Origin: a bacterium
Lineage (GTDB): Bacteria > Patescibacteriota > Minisyncoccia > UBA10092
Length of the DNA stretch: 36,227 bases
Direction of reading: 5' to 3'
Assembly: GCA_021790275.1 (NCBI GenBank)
Contig: JAJYIB010000002.1
Location: forward strand, 1 to 36,227
The position numbers and the translations under genes were made by a program. Positions 1 through 7,907 of the stretch are shown here, piece after piece (the stretch's first letter is position 1; every line of letters begins with the position of its first letter). The notes beneath the pieces are model-generated. The model was not told the DNA's origin. It ran no database searches and saw only the letters and a list, made by a program, of their open reading frames with translations.

Positions 1-1
1 C

Positions 2-820
2 GCGCTTGCTCTCGCGGCGTATATCGTCGCGGCTTTCGCCGTCAGGCAGAACTGGAGCGAGATTTTTTACGCAACCATTCATCCGACCGTTATTTGGAGC
101 AAGGCATATTTGCTTAATATCGCCGCGGTTTTGGGAACGACGATTTCACCGTATTTGTTCTTTTGGCAGTCGGACGAAGAAGTCGAAGAAGAAGTGGCGG
201 TCGGAAAATTGAAAGAAATGAACGCCGGAATCCCTAAAATCGGCCGGCGCGATATCCGCGATATGAAAACGGACACCGCTTTTGGAATGTTTTTTTCCAA
301 TCTTATAACTTTTTTCATAATTCTGGCCGCCGCGGCGACGCTGGGAATTTCCGGCGTGGCGAATGTCGATACGGCCGATAAAGCGGCTTTGGCTTTGCGG
401 CCAATCGCCGGCGATTTCGCTTATCTTTTGTTTACCGTCGGCATCATCGGCACGGCGCTTTTGGCGGTGCCTGTTTTGGCCGGTTCGGCTTCGTATGCCA
501 TCAGTGAAGCGTTTAAATGGAAAGAAGGGCTTTACAAAAAATTTTCCAAAGCCCACGGTTTTTACGGCGTTATCACGATCGCGATGATAGCCGGTTTGAT
601 TATCAATTTTACGCCCGTGCCGCCGTTTAAAGTTTTGTATTACGCGGCCGCGCTCAACGGCGTTCTCGCTCCCCCGCTGATGGTTTTGATATTGATTATA
701 GGCAGCGACAAAAAAATTATGGGCGAATATGCCAATTCCCGCCTTTCGAATCTTTCCGGCTGGTTTATTACCGTCGTTATGGCCGTTATCGCCGCGGCTC
801 TGATTTGGACTCTGTTTTAA
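2..820 (+). CDS. NRAMP-family divalent metal cation transporter, C-terminal part (5' end outside window)
   Basis: The frame is open from the window edge; the listed TTG at 110 is internal. The product contains ...LGTTISPYLFFWQSDEEVEEE... followed by several hydrophobic helices, as in NRAMP/MntH-like transporters. A strong terminator follows. Confidence 0.7.
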   Translation, partial: ALALAAYIVAAFAVRQNWSEIFYATIHPTVIWSKAYLLNIAAVLGTTISPYLFFWQSDEEVEEEVAVGKLKEMNAGIPKIGRRDIRDMKTDTAFGMFFSNLITFFIILAAAATLGISGVANVDTADKAALALRPIAGDFAYLLFTVGIIGTALLAVPVLAGSASYAISEAFKWKEGLYKKFSKAHGFYGVITIAMIAGLIINFTPVPPFKVLYYAAALNGVLAPPLMVLILIIGSDKKIMGEYANSRLSNLSGWFITVVMAVIAAALIWTLF

Positions 821-826
821 AAAACA

Positions 827-856
827 AGCCGCCCCCGGCAGTTGCCGGGGGCGGCT
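827..856. terminator. Bidirectional intrinsic terminator between convergent genes
   Basis: A 13-bp GC-rich perfect stem, AGCCGCCCCCGGC / GCCGGGGGCGGCT, with a 4-nt loop. It is flanked by A-runs upstream and T-runs downstream, so it reads as a U-tailed hairpin on both strands. Confidence 0.8.
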
Positions 857-872
857 ATTGTTTTTAGCGGAT

Positions 873-1508
873 TTATTTTTTGAAAACCAGAAATTTGTAT
901 CCGAAAAAATTGCCGAAAAAAGCGACGACGATTGTTATCGCCAGTCCGACGTTTGCCCAGATTTTCGGATCGATGCCGGACGGCGCGCCGATTACGTTGA
1001 TTATTATATGAAGAATCGCGATATTTACGATCGCGACAACGGCCGACACGGCGAAAAATTGCACCGCTTCACCCGCCGTCCGTTCCGCACCTTTTTCCCC
1101 GAAAGCCCAGTATTTGTTCCAGAAAAAGCTGTTGACGACCGTTATTATAAAAGCAACGGCAAAAAACAGGTCGACGGAAAAACCGGCGGCGATATTCGTC
1201 AGAAAAATCAGGCCGTTATAAATACCGGCGTTAAGAAACGTGTTCAAAAGTCCGATAACGCCGTATTTTCCCATCTGAAAAAGACCGATGCGGTTTTTGA
1301 TTTTCGCCGCCAGATAGAAAAAATATAAAAGCAGAGCGGCGCCGAGCGGCGCCAAAATCGCCCAGGCGGCGATGAAAACGCTTAAAGAGATTCCTTTTCC
1401 GGCGAGGAAAGAAAGAATTTTCAAATTTTTTAAAACCGGCAGGGAAAGCCAGGCGGTAATCTCGCCCGTCAAAATGGAAAGCCAGAAATCTTTTTTCGAA
1501 TATGCCAT
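873..1508 (-). CDS. GtrA-like membrane protein (polysaccharide/glycan translocation family) with an extra N-terminal 2-TM extension
   Basis: GtrA-type motifs ...KYGVIGLLNTFLNAGIYNGLIF..., ...FFWNKYWAFG..., and C-terminal ...GYKFLVFKK. It has 5-6 predicted TM helices. Confidence 0.7.
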   Translation of the reverse strand: MAYSKKDFWLSILTGEITAWLSLPVLKNLKILSFLAGKGISLSVFIAAWAILAPLGAALLLYFFYLAAKIKNRIGLFQMGKYGVIGLLNTFLNAGIYNGLIFLTNIAAGFSVDLFFAVAFIITVVNSFFWNKYWAFGEKGAERTAGEAVQFFAVSAVVAIVNIAILHIIINVIGAPSGIDPKIWANVGLAITIVVAFFGNFFGYKFLVFKK

Positions 1509-1515
1509 TGAGTTT

Positions 1516-1544
1516 ATTGTATCATTAAATCCGAATTATGGTAA
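1516..1544 (-). promoter_or_regulatory. Candidate promoter of the GtrA-like gene (leaderless geometry)
   Basis: On the minus strand: TTACCA, 17 nt, TACAAT, then 7 nt to the ATG at 1508. No SD site. Confidence 0.4.
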
Positions 1545-1547
1545 AAT
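1539..1547 (+). promoter_or_regulatory. Candidate extended -10 promoter of the GT39 operon (leaderless geometry)
   Basis: TGGTAAAAT (TGn + TAAAAT), with exactly 6 nt to the ATG at 1554. No SD site. It overlaps the -35 of the divergent promoter. Confidence 0.45.
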
Positions 1548-1553
1548 TCGGTT

Positions 1554-3101
1554 ATGAACAGGAAATATATCGCGGTTTTGATTTTGATAATGGCCGTTGC
1601 CGCGTTTTTCAGATTTTGGCATTTCGCTTCCATTCCGCCGGGATTGTATCAGGACGAAGCAATGAACGGCGCCGACGCTCTCGCTTCGCTTCACTCCGGG
1701 AGTTTTAAAATTTTTTACGAAAACAACAACGGACGCGAAGGAATGATCATCTGGCTCGATGCGTTGGCGATAAAACTTTTCGGCGCGCATCCGTGGGTTT
1801 TGAGATTATTTCCCGCGCTGGCGGGATTGTCGGCGGTTTTGGGTATTTATTTTTTGGCGGCGGAGCTTTTCGGCGTCGAAACCGCTTTGATATCGTCATT
1901 TCTTGCGGCTACGGGTTTTTGGGCGGTTAATTTCAGCCGCATCGGATTCCGCGCCGGCTTAATGCTTTTCTTTTTGGTCTGGTCTTTTTATTTTTTGGTT
2001 CGCGGCTTCAAAATGTCGTTATCCGGCGATTACGCGAAAGCGATATGGAATTTTGTTCCGGCGGGAATTCTTTTCGGATCGGGAATTTATACTTATATCG
2101 CCTATCGGTTCGCGCCGGTATTGGCGATTTTCGCTTTTGGCCCGACGATTTTCAAAAATCGCGCCGACAAAAAATTATGGCTCGGCGTTTTGATTTTTAT
2201 TCTGGCGGCTTTTTTCGCGGCGCTTCCCGCCGGAATTTATTTTTTGCGTCATCCGGCCGATTTTTCGGGGCGCGCCTCGGGTCTTTTTGTTTTATCTTCG
2301 CCTTCTCCGGTTTTAGCGACTCTTGCCAGCGTTGCCGAAACCCTCGGGATGTTTAATTTTTTCGGCGATTTCAACTGGCGGCAGAATTACGCCGGTTCGC
2401 CGGAATTGTTCTGGCCGATCGGGCTGGCGTTTCTTCTGGGGCTTTATTTGTGTTTGAAAAAATTCGATTTCAAAGGCAGGCTTTTGATTTTCTGGCTGGC
2501 GATTTTCTTACTGCCCGGCATTTTGACGAATGAAGGAAATCCGCACGCGCTACGAACTTTGGGCGCGATGCCGGCGGCGATGATGATTGCGGGCGTCGGG
2601 TTGTTTTGGTTTTATAAAAAGATTCAAAAAATTGCCGCCGGATCCAAAAACCCGCGGCTGAAAAAAGAATTTTTCTGGCTGTTTATCGCATTTTTGATTT
2701 TTGTCGGTGGCTGGAATTTCAACGAATATTTCAATCTTTGGGCCGCCGATCCCAATACCGCTTCGGCTTTTTCCAGCGATCAGGTTGCGATTGCCGATTA
2801 TCTTAATGGACTGCCGCCGCAGACAAAAAAATACGCGATTTGGAGCGCCGACGACAGGGCGACCGACAATGGCCTGCCGGTATCGGCGCAAACGGTTTAC
2901 TTTCTGACTGCGGACAAAACGCGGGTGGATTATTTAAAATCCGACGAACTCGATAAAATAATTCCGGCGGGCGAAGGAACGATCGTCGTCCCGATTTACT
3001 TCGATTTGAATTTGATTCATAATTTAAACCGGCGGTTTCCCCGAAGCAAAACCGAATTTATTTACCATAACGCGCCGGTCGTCATCATTCCGAAATTATG
3101 A
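1554..3101 (+). CDS. Glycosyltransferase family 39 (ArnT / PMT_2-like, polyprenyl-phosphate-dependent) membrane protein
   Basis: N-terminal ...FRFWHFASIPPGLYQDEAMNGADA... loop typical of ArnT/PMT-like GT-C enzymes. It has more than 10 TM helices and a soluble C-terminal domain. Confidence 0.7.
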   Translation: MNRKYIAVLILIMAVAAFFRFWHFASIPPGLYQDEAMNGADALASLHSGSFKIFYENNNGREGMIIWLDALAIKLFGAHPWVLRLFPALAGLSAVLGIYFLAAELFGVETALISSFLAATGFWAVNFSRIGFRAGLMLFFLVWSFYFLVRGFKMSLSGDYAKAIWNFVPAGILFGSGIYTYIAYRFAPVLAIFAFGPTIFKNRADKKLWLGVLIFILAAFFAALPAGIYFLRHPADFSGRASGLFVLSSPSPVLATLASVAETLGMFNFFGDFNWRQNYAGSPELFWPIGLAFLLGLYLCLKKFDFKGRLLIFWLAIFLLPGILTNEGNPHALRTLGAMPAAMMIAGVGLFWFYKKIQKIAAGSKNPRLKKEFFWLFIAFLIFVGGWNFNEYFNLWAADPNTASAFSSDQVAIADYLNGLPPQTKKYAIWSADDRATDNGLPVSAQTVYFLTADKTRVDYLKSDELDKIIPAGEGTIVVPIYFDLNLIHNLNRRFPRSKTEFIYHNAPVVIIPKL

Positions 3102-4933
3102 AAAAAATAAACTTGCTGGCAGTTGGTTTTTTGGCGGTTTTCGGCATTCTGGCTTTTACCAGTATGTGGAACGACAATGCCAATTACGACGAAAGAATCC
3201 ATCTGCCGGCCGGCTATTCGTATCTTACCCAACAGGATATGCGGCTCAACCCCGAACATCCGCCGCTGGTAAAGGATTTGGCCGCTCTGCCGCTTCTGTT
3301 TATAAAAGTGAATTTTCCTTACCAAAGCTGGGGCTGGAACACTCCGCTTGCCGCCGATTCTTCGCGAAGTCCGAGCTGGCAGACAGATGTCGGTTTCGGC
3401 AATGATTTTTTATACTATTCCGGCAATGACGCGCAAAAAATAATGCGGCTCGCGCGGATTCCGATGATTTTAATCGGGATTCTTCTGGGGTTTTATGTTT
3501 TTAAATTTTGCCGCGAGCTTTGGGGCGATTTGGCCGGAACGCTCGCTCTGGCGTTTTATTCTTTCTCCCCCACCATATTGGCGCATACGCGACTTGTAAC
3601 CACCGATGTCGCCGCGGCGGCCTCGTTTTTCATAAGCTTTTATTATTTTTACAAATGGATTCGGGCGCCCGGCCGGCGCAATGCGATTATTTTCGGCCTT
3701 GTTTTCGGCATCGCTCTTTTGACCAAATTTTCGACGGTTCTTCTTATCCCGATTTTCGGTTTGCTCGTTTTGATTTTTATTTTAATTCAAGACGGCGGCG
3801 AAAAAATCCGCGCGTTGAAAAAATACGCAGTTGGATTCATCACTGCTTCGATCATCGCTCTTGTCGTCATCGGCTCCGTTTACGCTTTTCATATCTGGCA
3901 CTATCCGCCGCAAAAACAGGCCGTCGACACGGCGTTTATTTTATCGACTTTCGGCTACAAGCCGCTTGCGAACTTAAGCGTCCGGATTTCCTCGCGGCCG
4001 TATCTGCGGGCTTGGGGACATTATTTTTTGGGGCTTTTGATGACCCTTCAGCGTTCCGGCGGAGGCAATACGACTTATTATCTCGGTTCGGTTTCGGCAA
4101 ACGGCTCGCGGTCCTATTTCCCCGTCGTCTATCTAATGAAAGAACCGCTGGCTTATATTTTACTCGAACTTTTTGCCGTTTACCTGGCGCTTAAAACATT
4201 TATCGATTACAAAAAATACGGCGGCGCGACCGGCGGCCGCGAAATCGCCGGATTGCTGAAAAAATATTTTGCCGAATTCGGAATGCTGACGATTATCGCC
4301 GTGTATTGGATTTTTTCGATTCGCGCGAAACTCAATATCGGCATCCGCCACATTCTGCCGACTCTGCCGTTTATTTACGCATTGACGGCGAAGCAGATAA
4401 GTTTTTGGATCACGGGCGGGACGGAGCGGATTTCCGATTATAAAGGATTTTGGCAGATTTTCGGGCTTTATTGGCGGCGGATAAAAAGAAGTTTTGTAGT
4501 CGCGTTGCTTTTGATCTGGGCGGCCGTTTCCGTTTTATACATCTGGCCGTCATTTCTGACTTATTTTAACGAAGCCGCCGGCGGGGCGGATGGCGGCTAT
4601 AAATATGTCGTCGATTCGAATCTCGACTGGGGACAGGATATTTTGCGGCTGTCGGAATTTATCAAACAAAACAATATCAAAGAAATAAAAATGGATTATT
4701 TTTCCGGCGCGCCGGCGGAATATTACATCAAAACCGCGAAAATAGATTCTTACAATCGCGAAATGCCGCAGACCGGCTGGCTGGCGGTGTCGGCAACGAT
4801 TTATATGGGCGCCTGCAAGGGTGATAAAATTCCCTGTTCATACAATGAAAGGGCCTATACCTGGCTCGACAAATACAAACCCGTCGCAAAAATCGGCTAC
4901 TCGATTTTTGTGTACGATATAAAAGAAAAATAG
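3098..4933 (+). CDS. Second glycosyltransferase family 39 (ArnT / PMT_2-like) membrane protein
   Basis: ATGA start/stop overlap with the upstream GT39 gene. It carries ...NYDERIHLPAGYSYL...NPEHPPLVKDLAALPL..., the typical first periplasmic loop of this family. The protein is polytopic. Confidence 0.7.
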   Translation: MKKINLLAVGFLAVFGILAFTSMWNDNANYDERIHLPAGYSYLTQQDMRLNPEHPPLVKDLAALPLLFIKVNFPYQSWGWNTPLAADSSRSPSWQTDVGFGNDFLYYSGNDAQKIMRLARIPMILIGILLGFYVFKFCRELWGDLAGTLALAFYSFSPTILAHTRLVTTDVAAAASFFISFYYFYKWIRAPGRRNAIIFGLVFGIALLTKFSTVLLIPIFGLLVLIFILIQDGGEKIRALKKYAVGFITASIIALVVIGSVYAFHIWHYPPQKQAVDTAFILSTFGYKPLANLSVRISSRPYLRAWGHYFLGLLMTLQRSGGGNTTYYLGSVSANGSRSYFPVVYLMKEPLAYILLELFAVYLALKTFIDYKKYGGATGGREIAGLLKKYFAEFGMLTIIAVYWIFSIRAKLNIGIRHILPTLPFIYALTAKQISFWITGGTERISDYKGFWQIFGLYWRRIKRSFVVALLLIWAAVSVLYIWPSFLTYFNEAAGGADGGYKYVVDSNLDWGQDILRLSEFIKQNNIKEIKMDYFSGAPAEYYIKTAKIDSYNREMPQTGWLAVSATIYMGACKGDKIPCSYNERAYTWLDKYKPVAKIGYSIFVYDIKEK

Positions 4934-4984
4934 AAAGATTCCATTCGCTCATAGCATTGCCTTCGCACCGGCGGAAAATTGTTT

Positions 4985-5770
4985 TTATTTGTAGAATATT
5001 CTGCCGGCAACGCGGGCGTCGACGTATTTCAAATTTTGCTGTTTGTTTTTTATGGCGCCATTCAACGCCGCAAAAAGATTTCCCGCTTCCGCCGACGGAT
5101 TTTGGCCGGCGTCGAGATAAATTCGCCAGCCGCCGTCCGTTAACGCTTCCAAATCGACATCTTCCGCCGGTTTGATGTTGAATTCGATTATTTTGAATTG
5201 ATTATGGCTTTCGATTTCACTTTTGAAATCCATCATAAAATTAAGCGCATCGCCGCTCAAAACCCGATTTCCCAAGCTCTCGCCGCTTTGCTGTGTGTCA
5301 TTTATTTTAAGAACCAGCGATCCTTCGGTTTGCGGCGCTTCTTTGAAGATAACGCCGCTTTTGTCGATATAATAACAATTCGATGCGCCGCACCAGATGC
5401 CGATTTGAATTCTTTTTTGAAAATCGACAGTTAAATTATGGAACGGTTTTTTGGAAATGACGATATCGGTGATTTCCGGATAATTCGCGGCCAGTTCACT
5501 TTCCAAGCGATCGGTCGGAAGGTAAAGCAGATTCTTGCCGAGATTCAGAGGCGCTATCGCCGAAATATATTTATAGACATCGTCGCTTGAAACGATTTCA
5601 TTTTCGGGCAGTCGAACGGCGGTAATTTTAAAAACCGGAGAAAACAAAAACAGCCATACCAAAAAAACGGCGGCGGCGGCGAAAACAAGCATAAAAAAGC
5701 CGATTTTACGTTTTTTTCTTCTTTCTTCTTTTTTGTCTTCTTTGAATCGCCAATATTTACTCGACGGCAT
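4985..5770 (-). CDS. ftsQ: Cell division protein FtsQ/DivIB-like (POTRA domain)
   Basis: K/R/E-rich N-terminus, one TM (FFMLVFAAAAVFLVWLFLF), then the POTRA-like stretch VFKITAVRLPENEIVSSDDVYKYI... I prefer the ATG at 5770 (MPSSKYW...), 2 nt after the upstream stop, over the overlapping start at 5824. Confidence 0.65.
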   Translation of the reverse strand: MPSSKYWRFKEDKKEERRKKRKIGFFMLVFAAAAVFLVWLFLFSPVFKITAVRLPENEIVSSDDVYKYISAIAPLNLGKNLLYLPTDRLESELAANYPEITDIVISKKPFHNLTVDFQKRIQIGIWCGASNCYYIDKSGVIFKEAPQTEGSLVLKINDTQQSGESLGNRVLSGDALNFMMDFKSEIESHNQFKIIEFNIKPAEDVDLEALTDGGWRIYLDAGQNPSAEAGNLFAALNGAIKNKQQNLKYVDARVAGRIFYK

Positions 5771-5772
5771 AT

Positions 5773-6552
5773 TTACAAACCAAGATGATTTTTTAAATCT
5801 GAATAATCTATTTTCAAATTCCAATCAGTAGATTGATTAAGACGTCGCGCGCCGCCCGGTAATAAACTACCGCTTTGTGTTTTAAACGCAACGTTAACAA
5901 CGTGTTTTCCGAAATCTTTAATTGCATTAACGGCTGGTACAAAATCTTGATCTCCCGATACTATTATTGCAACATCATAAATATCTTTTAATTTAATTAA
6001 ATCAATAGCCAATTTAACATCCACAGCTTTTTCTGTTCTGAATTTTTGTTCAAACAAATTATAGCTTATTGCACCTGCCTTTCTAAATTCTACCGAAATA
6101 TTTTCATGTTCAATTTTATTATGGATATCTGACCAGCCATTAAACCGTTTAGCCATATTATTTTGGTCATTTAAAAGTTCCTCTGCCATTTTTATCATAC
6201 ATTCAACCCTATGCGTTTGTTCGGTGACAGAAATGATTTTTGCCTTATTTTTATCTCTTGATAATATATCTTCTAGAAATTTAATGGCATTTAAAGAAGG
6301 CGGAATGAGACAATTTTTACGTGCAGCATTTAAATTATAAGGAAAAAAATCAATATTTTTGACGACATACCAATAGGTGCGAATACGATGCGCATCAGGA
6401 TTTATCGCCTTAGCAACAATCCAATCAAAAAATTTATCCCAATCTGTTTTTGGTAAATAGGTTCTTTTGTCGAATGCGGGAAATAAATCTATTATAGAGT
6501 GTCGAAGATTCTCGCCGTCGACAAAAATGCATACTTTTTTATTTTCGTACAT
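5773..6552 (-). CDS. NYN-domain (LabA/DUF88-like, PIN-fold) protein with a helical insert; putative RNase
   Basis: ...KVCIFVDGENLRHS... near the N-terminus and ...DVAIIVSGDQDFVPAVNAIKDFGKHV... near the C-terminus are the NYN acidic signature blocks. I prefer the ATG at 6552 (MYENKK...); the track's TTG at 6561 is an alternative. Composition is very AT-rich. Confidence 0.7.
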   Translation of the reverse strand: MYENKKVCIFVDGENLRHSIIDLFPAFDKRTYLPKTDWDKFFDWIVAKAINPDAHRIRTYWYVVKNIDFFPYNLNAARKNCLIPPSLNAIKFLEDILSRDKNKAKIISVTEQTHRVECMIKMAEELLNDQNNMAKRFNGWSDIHNKIEHENISVEFRKAGAISYNLFEQKFRTEKAVDVKLAIDLIKLKDIYDVAIIVSGDQDFVPAVNAIKDFGKHVVNVAFKTQSGSLLPGGARRLNQSTDWNLKIDYSDLKNHLGL

Positions 6553-6567
6553 TTTTTTCAAACAAAT

Positions 6568-6594
6568 AAAGGCGAACCTCGAAGGTCCGCCTTT
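6568..6594 (-). terminator. Terminator-like hairpin, downstream of serS and 15 nt upstream of the NYN start
   Basis: AAAGGCGAACC / GGTCCGCCTTT pairs at 10 of 11 positions with a 5-nt loop. On the minus strand it is followed by ATTTGTTT. Confidence 0.55.
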
Positions 6595-6640
6595 ATTTTA
6601 ACTTGCACGGTATTTACTCGGTAATTCCGAGGTCATTTTG

Positions 6641-6669
6641 ATGATAATTCTATTTTAAAATTTTTTCAA
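6641..6669 (-). promoter_or_regulatory. Candidate sigma70-type promoter upstream of the NYN leader
   Basis: On the minus strand: TTGAAA, 17 nt, TATCAT, beginning about 20 nt after the serS stop. Confidence 0.35.
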
Positions 6670-6689
6670 TATACATTTATCCACAACCC

Positions 6690-7904
6690 TTACAAAACAA
6701 TATATTTTCTCAGAATTTCGGGAATTTTTACAGAGCCGTCTTTTTGCTGATAATTTTCCATTATGGCGATTATCATCCGGCCGATGGCGAAAGCGGTGCC
6801 GTTTAAAGTGTAAACAAGCTCGTTTTTTCCGGTTTTTTCGTTTTTGTATTTTATGTTGAGCCGGCGCGACTGAAAATCGGTATCGTTGGAAGTCGAGTGC
6901 GTCTCGCGATATTGGTTTTGCCCCGGTAGCCACGCTTCGATGTCATATTTATTGGCCGCTTGAACGCCCAAATCTCCGGTGCAGATTTGGAGCACGCGAT
7001 AAGGGATTTTTAGCGCCTGCATCAATTTTTCTTCCAGCGACAGTAAAAGTTCGTGTTCCCGTTTGGCGTCTTCCGGCCGCGCGAAACTGAACATTTCTAT
7101 CTTATCGAACTGATGAACGCGTAAAATTCCTTTCGTGTCTTTGCCGTAAGAACCGGCTTCGCGGCGGAAACAAGATGAAAATCCGGCATAGCGGAGCGGT
7201 TTTTCCAAATCCAAAATTTCATTCATTCTCATCGCGCCTATCGCCTGCTCCGATGTGCCTATCAAATATAAATCGTCTTTTTCCAAGCGATAAACTTCTT
7301 CCGCTCCGTGATCGAGGTAGCCCATTCCCTGCATCGCTTCCGGTTTTAAAAACACCGGCGGAATGACCGGAATGAAATTTTCTTTTTCGAGCGTGTCGAA
7401 AGCGAAGCGGACAAGCGCGAATTCCAATTTAACGGCGTCTTTCAGCAGATAACCGAAGCGGCTTCCGACGGCTTTTCCGGCGCGCTCGGTATCTATCCAG
7501 CCGAGATTTTCCGCAAGTGCGATGTAATCTTTCGCCGGAAAACCGAAATCCGGTTTTTTGCCGACTTCGCGCAAAGTTATGTTTTCGGTTTCGTCTTTTC
7601 CGACAGGTACTTCCGACAAAGGCAGGTTCGGAAGCCGTTTCATCATCAAATCGAATTTTTCGGCAATCGGTTTTTTTTCGGTTTCCAATTTTTCAAGCGC
7701 CGTTTTTATTTTTTTGCCTTTTTCAATGTTTTTTTCCGCCGCCGCCTTTTTCCGCTCACCGTTTAATTTTTCGATTTCTTGTTCCAGTTTCCGGTTTTGC
7801 TCGTCGAGCCGCAAAAGCGCGCGGATGTCTATTTCAAATCCTTTGGCTTTTACGCCCTTTTCGGTTTCGTCTGGGTTTTCTCTTATGTATTTTATATCCA
7901 GCAT
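6690..7904 (-). CDS. serS: Seryl-tRNA synthetase
   Basis: N-terminal coiled-coil arm MLDIKYIRENPDE...; class II core ...GFSSCFRREAGSYGKDTKGILRVHQFDKIE... and ...TLNGTAFAIGR... Confidence 0.92.
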   Translation of the reverse strand: MLDIKYIRENPDETEKGVKAKGFEIDIRALLRLDEQNRKLEQEIEKLNGERKKAAAEKNIEKGKKIKTALEKLETEKKPIAEKFDLMMKRLPNLPLSEVPVGKDETENITLREVGKKPDFGFPAKDYIALAENLGWIDTERAGKAVGSRFGYLLKDAVKLEFALVRFAFDTLEKENFIPVIPPVFLKPEAMQGMGYLDHGAEEVYRLEKDDLYLIGTSEQAIGAMRMNEILDLEKPLRYAGFSSCFRREAGSYGKDTKGILRVHQFDKIEMFSFARPEDAKREHELLLSLEEKLMQALKIPYRVLQICTGDLGVQAANKYDIEAWLPGQNQYRETHSTSNDTDFQSRRLNIKYKNEKTGKNELVYTLNGTAFAIGRMIIAIMENYQQKDGSVKIPEILRKYIVL

Positions 7905-7907
7905 TTT

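Noticed and set aside
3098-3101. Possible alternative genetic code (UGA recoded), as in some candidate phyla
   Set aside because: TGA terminates well-aligned genes at their expected ends, for example GT39 at 3099-3101 and rpmJ at 24096-24098. No conserved gene needs read-through of TGA.
5771-5824. N-terminal extension of ftsQ overlapping the NYN gene (track start at 5824)
   Set aside because: The extension (MEFENRLFRFKKSSWFVN) overlaps the 3' end of the NYN ORF. The ATG at 5770 gives the normal FtsQ layout of a basic N-terminus followed by a TM.
6655-6933. 92-aa minus-strand ORF overlapping the 3' end of serS
   Set aside because: It is out of frame within serS, has a basic low-complexity product, and has no independent signals.
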